64,000 bases of DNA from positions 64,001-128,000 of the IMG/VR virus record IMGVR_UViG_3300025502_001322; one strand, given 5' to 3'. A program made the translations under genes and the position numbers. Source of the DNA: a virus (taxonomy: Duplodnaviria > Caudoviricetes). Below are positions 27,423-36,734 of this stretch, one piece after another. The notes below the pieces were generated by a model. That model did no database searches. It was not told the origin of the DNA and saw only the letters and a list, made by a program, of their open reading frames with translations. Each line of letters starts with the position of its first letter. The stretch's first letter is position 1.

Positions 27423-27835
27423 AGTTTACCTTCAGATCTGAGTCTAGCTCTAATTTCTGTTGCACTTATATTGTGTATTTCTTCACCAAGATCATGTTCT
27501 GTAAATGTGTACCCGACGCCACGCCCGTAACTGATATCAACTATGTTGGGCACTTGCATTATAATGTATTCCTCACCATATGTAAAGCCTTCTTCAAACA
27601 GTCCTTGAGTGATCTTGTTTTTTACGATATTGAAGTTAAATGGATTATCATCCTGTACAGTTGAGGTACGGTTAGCACCGGCATCCTTGCCAACAATACC
27701 ACCCACGTCTCTAATCATAATACATACTTGTCCTGTTTCTAACAGTGCTTTTTTAAACAATGCCGTGTGTCCTGGGTGCCATGGCTGCCACCTCCCAAGT
27801 AGCATAGTGGTTGGCTTCTGATTATCAAACTTCAT
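27419..27835 (-). CDS. HxGH-family nucleotidyltransferase (cytidylyltransferase-like)
   Basis: LGRWQPWHPGH and ISATEIR. Confidence 0.8.
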   Translation of the reverse strand: MKFDNQKPTTMLLGRWQPWHPGHTALFKKALLETGQVCIMIRDVGGIVGKDAGANRTSTVQDDNPFNFNIVKNKITQGLFEEGFTYGEEYIIMQVPNIVDISYGRGVGYTFTEHDLGEEIHNISATEIRARLRSEGKL

Positions 27836-28041
27836 TATTCTTTCACTCCATATTTTATATGCGTGTACCAAACACGCTCGTGTGCATAGTACAACACAAA
27901 TTTAATTACCAAATCTGCCGCAAATACCAGACCCACTGCTTTAGCTGGTAAGCCAAACCACCATGCTATAATAACAGTAACCGTGCTGGCAATTATTCGC
28001 CATGTAACTGCTTTTGCTAAATGTCGTCTTGCTGAAACCAT
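27835..28041 (-). CDS. Small membrane protein, DUF2061-like
   Basis: RHLAKAVTWRIIAS...YYAHERVW. Confidence 0.75.
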   Translation of the reverse strand: MVSARRHLAKAVTWRIIASTVTVIIAWWFGLPAKAVGLVFAADLVIKFVLYYAHERVWYTHIKYGVKE

Positions 28042-28042
28042 G

Positions 28043-28372
28043 TTATGTCATCCTTTGTAGTACTGCCCACATAATTGCACCAGTAATCACTGCGCTTGTT
28101 AACAGTGCTGTATAAAATCCAAAACTGTATAACCAAACAAACATAGGAAAAAACATAAGACTCAGCGCAACAAAAAACACAGTCTCGTAACTAAAGGTAC
28201 GAAATGTTTCAAAAGGCACACCTGCGTGGTGCATCAATACCAATGTAATAACACTTACAAAAGGAATGCCCATAATAAACGCTCCCAGTGTGGGAGTTCG
28301 TTGTGCAATAGTGCTGACTATGCCTATTAGCAAGCCACCTATTAGACTTTTAATTACAATATCAATCAGCAT
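28043..28372 (-). CDS. Small multi-pass membrane protein
   Basis: 109 aa with four hydrophobic segments. Confidence 0.65.
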   Translation of the reverse strand: MLIDIVIKSLIGGLLIGIVSTIAQRTPTLGAFIMGIPFVSVITLVLMHHAGVPFETFRTFSYETVFFVALSLMFFPMFVWLYSFGFYTALLTSAVITGAIMWAVLQRMT

Positions 28373-28393
28373 TTCTTTCCATGTACTTTTGTA

Positions 28394-28828
28394 TTATCTC
28401 TGTAAAAAAGGCCACAAGTACTTGCTTACGATTTCTAACAATTCTTTGTGTGTGTCATCAAACCATTCCGCAACATGATAATCATATTCGTCTTGTTCTA
28501 AAGGCTCAAACATTTTGTTTGTATCTTCAAATCTACCTTCTTTAATTGTGTCCATCCAGATGGTGTAGTCTGCACCAAAGCCTGCTCTTGCTTGTTTTGT
28601 GGGTGCAATAAAGTCTGCTATACAGATCTTACCTGCCTTGACAATGCCGTCTGCCAGATACTTCATGCGTAGTGCTTGTCGCATACGCCCTTCTGGTGAA
28701 AAATCCCAGTCGTCGTATTCTTTTCTAACAGCGTCAGCGTTGATATGTACTGCACTAATTAGTTTAGCAAATGGTTCTGCTAGTGTAGTTTTACCACTAC
28801 CGGGTAATCCGCAAATTAAAATTTTCAT
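28394..28828 (-). CDS. Adenylylsulfate-kinase-like P-loop kinase
   Basis: ILICGLPGSGKTT, NADAVR, DFS..GR.RQA, DFIAP. Confidence 0.8.
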   Translation of the reverse strand: MKILICGLPGSGKTTLAEPFAKLISAVHINADAVRKEYDDWDFSPEGRMRQALRMKYLADGIVKAGKICIADFIAPTKQARAGFGADYTIWMDTIKEGRFEDTNKMFEPLEQDEYDYHVAEWFDDTHKELLEIVSKYLWPFLQR

Positions 28829-29423
28829 TGAGATGTTTCTCCATTCGTTTTGCTATTGCCTGATGTCCTGCTTCTAATGGGTGACCACCAGGACCTTTGT
28901 CACAATTGTAAGTCATTTGTGTCAGTGGCTCCAGGAATGTTTCTGTGTCTAAGACGCCGCCGACGGCGTAAAACATGCTACGTTTTTCTAGAATGGTATT
29001 CATTGAAGTCATAACGTAAGGTTGTTCCATTCTTTTAAAATGATTCTGTAGTGCGATTATCTGAGTTATAGTTCGTTGCCACGCATAGTTATCATCATAA
29101 AATTCTTTGTAGTACTTATCTAGCCACTTCTTGTCGACCTTGTTTAAGCGTTGTGTGCTGGGATTAACCCCTTGAATATCGGCACCACATATACTTAAAT
29201 CTACCCTACCACGTTCTGTCCATTGTACTATAATTACATCATACCGTTCCCAGACAGTTCGCTCGACGGCTGTTGTAAATATCCAGTCATTACTTGCACC
29301 AGACTTTCCTAAGTTAAGAACGTCTACGCCATAAAAACTATCTGCTAGTAAATTGGGCCAGGCGTTTCTGGTATCTGATAATTCTTCCCCGTAGGTAAAA
29401 CTATCACCTATACATAGAATCAT
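28797..29423 (-). CDS. SGNH/GDSL-family hydrolase or acyltransferase
   Basis: GDSFT (block I), NLGKSGASN (block II), GHP (block V). Confidence 0.8.
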   Translation of the reverse strand: MILCIGDSFTYGEELSDTRNAWPNLLADSFYGVDVLNLGKSGASNDWIFTTAVERTVWERYDVIIVQWTERGRVDLSICGADIQGVNPSTQRLNKVDKKWLDKYYKEFYDDNYAWQRTITQIIALQNHFKRMEQPYVMTSMNTILEKRSMFYAVGGVLDTETFLEPLTQMTYNCDKGPGGHPLEAGHQAIAKRMEKHLNENFNLRITR

Positions 29424-29521
29424 TTGTAGATAAAAGGATCCCTCTTACGAAGTTCTTTAAGTTTTTTACGATATGCTATTTCTAATTTAATCCTGTTTAC
29501 TATATTGCGTAACCATGTCAT
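29420..29521 (-). CDS. Basic 33-aa micro-protein
   Basis: Hand-translated MTWLRNIVNRIKLEIAYRKKLKELRKRDPFIYK; its stop overlaps the next start (ATGA). Confidence 0.6.
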   Translation of the reverse strand: MTWLRNIVNRIKLEIAYRKKLKELRKRDPFIYK

Positions 29522-30299
29522 TGAATGTGTCCTTTATAAGTTCTGCGGCAGCCGTGTGTGCTGATTCTCTTGGGTGTGTTGTATACATAGGGTATTTATT
29601 TTCCACAGCCCATTGGTAAAAACCTCTGGGAGCAACTGTTTCTCCCTGATGTGTGCCTTTGGGAAACCAAAAAAACTTCTCCCAGTCTATACTGTTATAA
29701 ACTGCGGCAATACTGGGGTCTCTACCTTGTATATTATGATTATCCATAATACAGTTATCAGCGGCAGTAAACATATAAGGTATTGACATTTGTTTGAGGT
29801 ACATTTGTAGGTATAGTATCTCTTTAAGAGTAGTGTATGTTTTCCAATACATGTCAGCACCTACATGTTTAAAGTACGACTTAGCAAAGTCTGAAACTCC
29901 TGTGAGTCTCGCCCTCTCATTATGCTTGTTCTGCAATGTCTTTTGTTTGTGATCAACTTCAAAAAAGTAAACGCTGGGGTCAAAATCATCATCTTCAGCA
30001 ACCCAAGGACTAATGTTATACCAGTGACCACTGCGTTGACCAGTGTCGTAGTTAAATTTAAATTCGTACCTAGCAGGAAAAGTCCACTGTACTATTACAC
30101 CACATCTACCTATCTGAGATATTTCATTAATGACATTACGAGCAATACCTTGGTTACTCCAGCCGGGGCCAGCAACTAATCTATAGTCATGGTCTTGACT
30201 TAACAGTGCGGGCCATGTAGATGCACTACCGGTTTTAACGTCCCAGTCTTGTAATTCGACTCCGTGTATAAAACTACAACCGCCTGCTACTATAATCAT
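29487..30299 (-). CDS. SGNH-like protein, paralogue 2
   Basis: AGGCSFIHG, GWSNQGI, VQWTF, THP. Confidence 0.7.
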   Translation of the reverse strand: MIIVAGGCSFIHGVELQDWDVKTGSASTWPALLSQDHDYRLVAGPGWSNQGIARNVINEISQIGRCGVIVQWTFPARYEFKFNYDTGQRSGHWYNISPWVAEDDDFDPSVYFFEVDHKQKTLQNKHNERARLTGVSDFAKSYFKHVGADMYWKTYTTLKEILYLQMYLKQMSIPYMFTAADNCIMDNHNIQGRDPSIAAVYNSIDWEKFFWFPKGTHQGETVAPRGFYQWAVENKYPMYTTHPRESAHTAAAELIKDTFNDMVTQYSKQD

Positions 30300-31428
30300 A
30301 TCCGGGTTTCATCATTTCAATTTGATTGTGTTTGTAATTGTGGTCTGACCAACAGTAATCGAACTCTCCCACAACATTATCTATTTCTATTCTGTATATG
30401 TCCAAGTGCTTACTCAGGTGTTGCCACACTGTTTGTGGATGTGCTGTTCCAAATGCTGAACGTAAGTCTATCTCACCTAACTCCAGATAACCTAAACTCA
30501 ATGAACTGTCTTCAGTATTCATGTTGTTGTCACCAAGCCACTTGTCAAACTCTGTCATTTGTTTATTATGCCAATCAAAGTCTCCTCCTTTGACAATGTC
30601 TACACCCCACTCTACATCGAACTCACCTGACCAGTACTGCAAATGTGTTATGGCGTCACACACTGTGTCTGTAAGTTTAGGTGCATGTTCGTCTCTAAAC
30701 ACTTCCATAAGTGTTTTACCAATCTGTGTCCAGTGCATGTAGACTCCACCAAATTTCCTATCGTATCCGTTAGTTAAAAAGCCTTTGCGATGTTCGTCTT
30801 GTAACTGGAATCTATTTGCGTGTAAGAACGTTGTTATCTGACTAGGACGCACAAACTGTGGTGTTGTTGCTAGTTTACGTTGACTTAGTACTAGACTTTC
30901 TAGTTCATGACAGATATTGTTTAACTGTCTGATTGCATACTTTGTGTCGTAGTCTGCTAGTATGTAATACTCACTTAAGTGTTCTACTGTGCCTTGTAAG
31001 ACTTCAAAATGATTGTGTAACTTGTTCATTACTTCATGCTTAATACCTAATCCCAAGTTAGCATCATTATATCCTACAGGATACTCGTCTCCAAATCGTA
31101 TTACGTCAGGTGTAAAGTAATCTTCAATTACATAACTATCTAAGCCCATGTGTTGCCACGTGCGACTGGCATTAAACATGTTGATCTGAAACACTACTTG
31201 ATTTAGTTCGTTACACAGATAGGTTAAGTTGCGTGGACTATGTGGGAACCCCATAAAGCAAAAGTTTTTTTCTAATAACTTTTTGTTACGCAACTCATGC
31301 GTCAGTGCTGATCGCCAGTCTCTTGCAAGTCTAGAATCGTTTAAGATAATGTCATAGTCTAGTGTCTGAGTCTTCTGAAACGGATTACGCAGTACTACTT
31401 TAACTTTCGATTGATTGCCACCACTCAT
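30274..31428 (-). CDS. Hypothetical protein at the end of the radical SAM array
   Basis: 384 aa ORF overlapping both neighbours; no motif recognised. Confidence 0.7.
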   Translation of the reverse strand: MSGGNQSKVKVVLRNPFQKTQTLDYDIILNDSRLARDWRSALTHELRNKKLLEKNFCFMGFPHSPRNLTYLCNELNQVVFQINMFNASRTWQHMGLDSYVIEDYFTPDVIRFGDEYPVGYNDANLGLGIKHEVMNKLHNHFEVLQGTVEHLSEYYILADYDTKYAIRQLNNICHELESLVLSQRKLATTPQFVRPSQITTFLHANRFQLQDEHRKGFLTNGYDRKFGGVYMHWTQIGKTLMEVFRDEHAPKLTDTVCDAITHLQYWSGEFDVEWGVDIVKGGDFDWHNKQMTEFDKWLGDNNMNTEDSSLSLGYLELGEIDLRSAFGTAHPQTVWQHLSKHLDIYRIEIDNVVGEFDYCWSDHNYKHNQIEMMKPGYDYSSRRL

Positions 31429-32719
31429 ATACGTCTGGTCTCGCTTTTAGAATTTCGTCTATTGTTATTGAATCGTTACGTATTTCTTCTAATTGTAACA
31501 TACGATGCTTGCCTTTTGCAAGACCTTGTTGGTATTCTTCTGGCCACTGCTCTGCAAACGTTGGTCTTGTTTTTAGTTGAGTTAAGACATCACGTAATGC
31601 TCCGCTGGTTTTTGGCACTATTTCATCAACCCAATCATCTAGTAGTTTTCTTGGCAGGGCAAGCGGGCTCATTATAATGTCAGGTGAAAAACTAAAGATA
31701 ACTTTAGCCAATATGCCTACCCCGTTCTCTTGTGCGAACTTCACAATGTTTTCAACTTCAAACATGCCCAGTAACGTGAGAGTAAAGTCTACACGTAGTT
31801 GTCTACTATGTTGTGTTATCTGTTTTACTTGCCTAAAGTTTTCCTGCCATTCAGCCCAATTTAAACCTGTACGTATATATTCACCTATTTTGCCTGTGCC
31901 ATCTATACTAGCACATATCTGCCAGTCACGCAACTCACTCAATATGTCGCATAAGTTAGCGCCTTTGTATTTTATTCTACTTAGGTTTGTATTATAACGT
32001 GCGTATACCTTGGCGCCGTCGCCTTGTTCTACAATCTGCTTCATGTACCGCCAGTGTTGCTCGTACATTAAAGGCTCACCACCCACCCAGTATATTTCTT
32101 CTACTCTACTTTCGTCTACTGCTTTGGCAAACTCACGTTCTATCTGGTCGTCTTGGTATTTAGATATCTGTTCACGTATGTCTGGCTTCATCCAGTTGTT
32201 TTTAGGATTGGACCAATCTATCTGATCATGTTTCTTTTGTTCTGATTCCCAGCTAGAACTTAACATGTCGCCACAAGTACGACACTTAAAGTTACATAAG
32301 TTGCTAAACCTATAATCAAAACTAACAGGCTTTAATGCTGTAGAGCCATCATAACCGGTCATCCAGGCTACATTCTGAAACTTATCTTTAAACAAATTCC
32401 AAAAGTAGTCCTTGTATACGTCTGTGTTTAGTAACTTGTTATTGCATACGTCACACTCGGGAAGAGTTTCGCCATTCATCATGCGTCTGCGTACACTACG
32501 CATATGCTCGCCATTCCACCAGTCATCTAATGATTGTGGATTGTACTTGCCTGTGCCAGACTTAGTGTCTATATACTGTGTAAAGTTTTGCGCTGGCTCT
32601 CTACTGGCACAGCACATACGTCTTTCTGTCTGTGGACTTAGATATGTGTGTACCCAAGGCGCCATACAAAAACTTGGACTAGGTGAGGCTAGATATTTTA
32701 ATGGAAACACTTTAATCAT
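31400..32719 (-). CDS. Radical SAM protein with N-terminal Cys cluster (SPASM/twitch-like), type A
   Basis: CMAPW...MCC...CDVC; NLCNFKCRTC; VGGEP; YNTN; SIDG. Confidence 0.88.
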   Translation of the reverse strand: MIKVFPLKYLASPSPSFCMAPWVHTYLSPQTERRMCCASREPAQNFTQYIDTKSGTGKYNPQSLDDWWNGEHMRSVRRRMMNGETLPECDVCNNKLLNTDVYKDYFWNLFKDKFQNVAWMTGYDGSTALKPVSFDYRFSNLCNFKCRTCGDMLSSSWESEQKKHDQIDWSNPKNNWMKPDIREQISKYQDDQIEREFAKAVDESRVEEIYWVGGEPLMYEQHWRYMKQIVEQGDGAKVYARYNTNLSRIKYKGANLCDILSELRDWQICASIDGTGKIGEYIRTGLNWAEWQENFRQVKQITQHSRQLRVDFTLTLLGMFEVENIVKFAQENGVGILAKVIFSFSPDIIMSPLALPRKLLDDWVDEIVPKTSGALRDVLTQLKTRPTFAEQWPEEYQQGLAKGKHRMLQLEEIRNDSITIDEILKARPDVYEWWQSIES

Positions 32720-32727
32720 AATCGTAT

Positions 32728-34098
32728 TTACACAATCAAGTAAGGGAACAAACTTCTCCAGTCAGTCGCTCGACGTCTGTCAAGTTCGTCTAGATAAATG
32801 TGTAAATTTTCTATCTGTTCAGAATCGTGTTGGCTAACTGTCTTTAATTGTTTTTCTAACCCCCGTAGTCTAACAAAAACCTCACGTTGTTCTATTGTGC
32901 CTTGCTTTAGTGTATCGTATATACGCTTAAAGTCTTGTTGCCACATACTGTAAGAAAAAATCTTGGGGTGTAGGTATTGTTCTGGCCCAATGTAAAATTC
33001 AAAATAGTGTCCGATGTGTTTGTTGTCGTTATAGCGATTAACAACTTCGATCAGTTCGGGCATGGTTTTAATGGTCATGTTTGTTATTGTCTGATTAATG
33101 TTTAAGTTAAGCCAATCAGACTGTTGACTTGCCCATGCTAATCGCTGTTCAAATAGTTCTAAGTCCAGGCCACGCCTGACAAATTGTGCTGGCTCTCCCC
33201 AACAGTCTATGCTTGCTGTTAGGTCAAACCCTTTAATCGGTAGATGTTTTATTCTCTCGATGTAATTAATCCAGTGTTTTTCTGGCGCATTCATGTTACT
33301 GAAAATACCCAATCGTAGTTCACTGTTAGGCTTGCGCTCCAGTATATCTAAAATGTCAGTCATCAGTCGATGTTGTATAAACGTCTCTCCACCTAATAGA
33401 TGTAGTCTGCGTAAGTGTTGAACATTATCTGTTAACCAATCTAAAAATTTAGCATATAACGCTGTGTTATCCTGCTTGTTTGGTAGTGTATTTTTTAACC
33501 AAACACCCTTTTGTTTAAACTCACCGTATCTATTATTCTCTTGTTCTATCTGACTGCTTAGGTTACTGTTGCAGTATATGCAACTAAAGTTACAGGTGTT
33601 ATCTGCAAATATTTCCTGTATACGTTGTGTTATATACAAACTCCTGGTGTCAGTATCTAGTTCCAACGGTGTTAATCCTGGTATTAGGTTATTGTGATGT
33701 CTATCGCTGTGTCCACCTGCCGCTTCTATATCTCTACAATATTCACACCCATTACCAGGCCATTTGCCTTCAAGCATCTGCTCACGTGCCAGAATTTTAT
33801 TTGGTCCGTTGTGTAAGTTAAAATCATCTACACTTATATTGTCCCAGCTTGCACGGTGGCAACTGCTTGTCCTCGCTTCATTAAGCCATAGTGTGTTCCA
33901 GGTCCACTTGCTCTGACATGAGGTTGCTGTCTTAATAGGAAAGTATTTGCCCTGCTTGGAAAACTGCCGTACAAAGTCTGTAATCTCTTGGTCTATGCTA
34001 TCTATGCCGGTGGTTGCTCCAGCAACAAAGTCGACCCATTGGGGCCAGTTTTCGCCTTGGTGTTCTAGGTAGTCTGCTTGATCTATATTAGATCTCAT
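32728..34098 (-). CDS. Radical SAM protein, type B
   Basis: CQSKW...SCHR...CEYC; NTCNFSCIYC; LGGET. Confidence 0.85.
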   Translation of the reverse strand: MRSNIDQADYLEHQGENWPQWVDFVAGATTGIDSIDQEITDFVRQFSKQGKYFPIKTATSCQSKWTWNTLWLNEARTSSCHRASWDNISVDDFNLHNGPNKILAREQMLEGKWPGNGCEYCRDIEAAGGHSDRHHNNLIPGLTPLELDTDTRSLYITQRIQEIFADNTCNFSCIYCNSNLSSQIEQENNRYGEFKQKGVWLKNTLPNKQDNTALYAKFLDWLTDNVQHLRRLHLLGGETFIQHRLMTDILDILERKPNSELRLGIFSNMNAPEKHWINYIERIKHLPIKGFDLTASIDCWGEPAQFVRRGLDLELFEQRLAWASQQSDWLNLNINQTITNMTIKTMPELIEVVNRYNDNKHIGHYFEFYIGPEQYLHPKIFSYSMWQQDFKRIYDTLKQGTIEQREVFVRLRGLEKQLKTVSQHDSEQIENLHIYLDELDRRRATDWRSLFPYLIV

Positions 34099-35299
34099 AA
34101 CCCATGGCCCGTGCTATCTCTGGATGGGTATCTGTAAATTTCTCTTTACGCCACTTGTCTGCTAGATACATACGTTCATCAAACATAGGTAACTTATCGC
34201 CTGAGCCGTTTTCAATAAAACGTATTACGTTATCTACTTCAGTCTGATACTCTGGCTTCCAGTCTATGCTTTGTAATTTTACTTTAACCAGTGCTTGTGC
34301 GGCAGGTGTCATGTTCTTAATACACATCTCTGCAGGATCATGTAACATGTTAAAGTAGACAGTACCAAAGCCCTGCTTGTCTGCCCAGTCTAAAAGTTCG
34401 TTTATGTAGTAGACGTTTTGTATATTAATAGTAAAACAGAGTTGTGTAGTAATGTTTGTTACTTCTTTCTGCACTCCATGCACACGTTTAATAATCTCTT
34501 CTGCACGATTCCACTTAGCGCCGTAACGTTCGTATTCAAAACGCTTGCCAACATTGTCTATACTAAATGCAATATCTACTCTACCAAACTCTCGCCATAT
34601 GTCTACAAACTCCTCGTCCCAGGTTGTGGCGTTTGTATTGTAATGTATATCTATATGCTTGCTGTCGCCTGTTCGAATAGCAGTTTTAAGTAAGTTAAAA
34701 TGTTCTTTAATTAAGAAAGGTTCGCCGCCAGTAAATTCAAAGTACTTGATATTAGGCAACAGTGTTTCTAAGTTCTGCCAAAAGACCGGTGACTTACGAG
34801 GCCACTGACCTTCCCGTAGCATTGTGCGTGCTAGGTGATTTTTATTGTCGTGATCTTCTGTAACGTAGTCTATTTCTTCCTGGGCCCATTTGCTTGACGA
34901 CCATGAGCCACATATACGACACTTTAAGTTACAGATGTTACCCAGTTTTAAATCTATAAACCACAGTTGGTCGGGGTTGTCATTCTCCCAGTCAATTTGC
35001 TTATACAAGTCTCGAAGTCTAACCTCACTGTTAATACGTTTACTGTCTCTGCCAGCATCTTCTTCTGCCCAACAGCGTTTGCAAGTTGCAGGCTTCTCTC
35101 CACGTCTAAACTGTTGCCGTAAGTCTTGCATGTACTCACTTGCATAAATCTCTTCCAGTGTGTGTTCAGACATTTTGTACTTTGTGCCATCTGGTTTGAT
35201 TATCTCATCATCTGCAAGACAACATGGTCGAGCAGTACCGACTGGTGATGTTTCAATGCTTATCCAGGGCAAGCCACAAATTGTGTTAGGCAGAGACAT
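34088..35299 (-). CDS. Radical SAM protein, type A
   Basis: CGLPW...PCC...CKRCW; NICNLKCRIC; TGGEP; YNTN. Confidence 0.88.
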   Translation of the reverse strand: MSLPNTICGLPWISIETSPVGTARPCCLADDEIIKPDGTKYKMSEHTLEEIYASEYMQDLRQQFRRGEKPATCKRCWAEEDAGRDSKRINSEVRLRDLYKQIDWENDNPDQLWFIDLKLGNICNLKCRICGSWSSSKWAQEEIDYVTEDHDNKNHLARTMLREGQWPRKSPVFWQNLETLLPNIKYFEFTGGEPFLIKEHFNLLKTAIRTGDSKHIDIHYNTNATTWDEEFVDIWREFGRVDIAFSIDNVGKRFEYERYGAKWNRAEEIIKRVHGVQKEVTNITTQLCFTINIQNVYYINELLDWADKQGFGTVYFNMLHDPAEMCIKNMTPAAQALVKVKLQSIDWKPEYQTEVDNVIRFIENGSGDKLPMFDERMYLADKWRKEKFTDTHPEIARAMGYEI

Positions 35300-36734
35300 T
35301 TAGGTCCTTGAACTCAGGGAATGTTTCCCAGAAGTTTTCATTACGTATGCCATCTAGTTTTGCTATTTGTTTCTCAAACTCAGGCCATTGTTTGTAATTG
35401 TCCTGTGCATTTATTAAACTTAAAATACTCTTGTAACCGTTAGTAGCACGACGTAATCTATCCTTAGGGTCTAACCATTCTATGTGTTTTTCATAGGCAG
35501 GCGTAATTACTCGGTCCTTAAACTCTTGTGGGAATATGTCTGGTCTGTACCAATCAGGTGACTGACATATGTTAATGTTCCAGTCCTTTGCTGTAATTAG
35601 TCCTAGGTTTGTCCATTCTTTGTGAAAATCTAGTACATGTAAAACATTCATGGCACTAATAGTTGAACTCACATAAAAATCTACGTGAGGTACTTTAGCC
35701 ATCATCTGAAATCTATTTTGAATAGCCTGTTCCCAGTCAGTTCCTTTACGTATAAGTTCTGCTTGTGGCCCCATTGCATCTAAACTGGCACCTACACTTA
35801 CATTTTTAAAATGTTTCCAGTAGTCATATACGTGCTTGTCTTTAAAACGCATTTCACTAAAGTTAGTGTTGTACTGAATACGCACATCTGTTTTACCATG
35901 CTCTATTAGTTTCTCTAATAGGTAGTAGTGTTCCTTCATTATTAGCGGTTCACCACCTGCAAAGTATACCTGCTCTAAATGTGGAATATGTGGTTCCATT
36001 TGTTCTAGCATGGAAGACTCATCACCAGCAGTGTACTCTACACGTGCCATATCTCTGCCTAATACGTCTGGCTTTTTACCATATAACTTTACATGGTCAT
36101 TATACCAGTTACTGCTAAAGATAGGACCACAACTTCTACAGCTAAAGTTACACAGGTTACTGAACCTGACATCCCAATAGCGTATCTTAAATTCTTCGTG
36201 ATGTCCATCTGACGCAGTTTGTTTTATTTCATGTACATTGTGTCCGTAGGTTTTATTAGCATCGTTGCGCATACTGAATGCTCCGTGTTGTTCACGTTCG
36301 TAACAATTTTTGCATTCTTTACAGGGTTTGTCATCTAACATGTTACGGCGCATCTGCTTGTATGGATCTTGATTCCATACTTCTGCCATTGTGTTCTTAC
36401 GTAGATCACCAACTGGGCTCCAGTAATCACTTAAACAGCACGGATAAGCTCTACCATCCGGAAAAGCATGCATGTGTACCCATGGCAACATGCAGAAGTT
36501 TTTACTTTCAGTTAGTTTGTATTTTTGATCATCGTCTAGCTGGTCCCATTTTATGTGTGTTGGTTTGAGCGAATTATAATCGTAACCAATGTTAATTTTA
36601 GCAGATTGCTTCCCGAACTCCACAAGTTTAAGTTTTATCGCCGGGTCGGTTATTTTATCTGCAACATAATCCTCATACGATGGCCAGTCTGATCCGGCAA
36701 ACTGGTCATATGCTTCTTTGTGTAGTTTGTTCAT
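35286..36734 (-). CDS. Radical SAM protein, type A, with N-terminal G-x-DWP module
   Basis: CMLPW...PCC...CKNCY; NLCNFSCRSC; AGGEP; start at an ATGA overlap. Confidence 0.88.
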   Translation of the reverse strand: MNKLHKEAYDQFAGSDWPSYEDYVADKITDPAIKLKLVEFGKQSAKINIGYDYNSLKPTHIKWDQLDDDQKYKLTESKNFCMLPWVHMHAFPDGRAYPCCLSDYWSPVGDLRKNTMAEVWNQDPYKQMRRNMLDDKPCKECKNCYEREQHGAFSMRNDANKTYGHNVHEIKQTASDGHHEEFKIRYWDVRFSNLCNFSCRSCGPIFSSNWYNDHVKLYGKKPDVLGRDMARVEYTAGDESSMLEQMEPHIPHLEQVYFAGGEPLIMKEHYYLLEKLIEHGKTDVRIQYNTNFSEMRFKDKHVYDYWKHFKNVSVGASLDAMGPQAELIRKGTDWEQAIQNRFQMMAKVPHVDFYVSSTISAMNVLHVLDFHKEWTNLGLITAKDWNINICQSPDWYRPDIFPQEFKDRVITPAYEKHIEWLDPKDRLRRATNGYKSILSLINAQDNYKQWPEFEKQIAKLDGIRNENFWETFPEFKDLNVSA

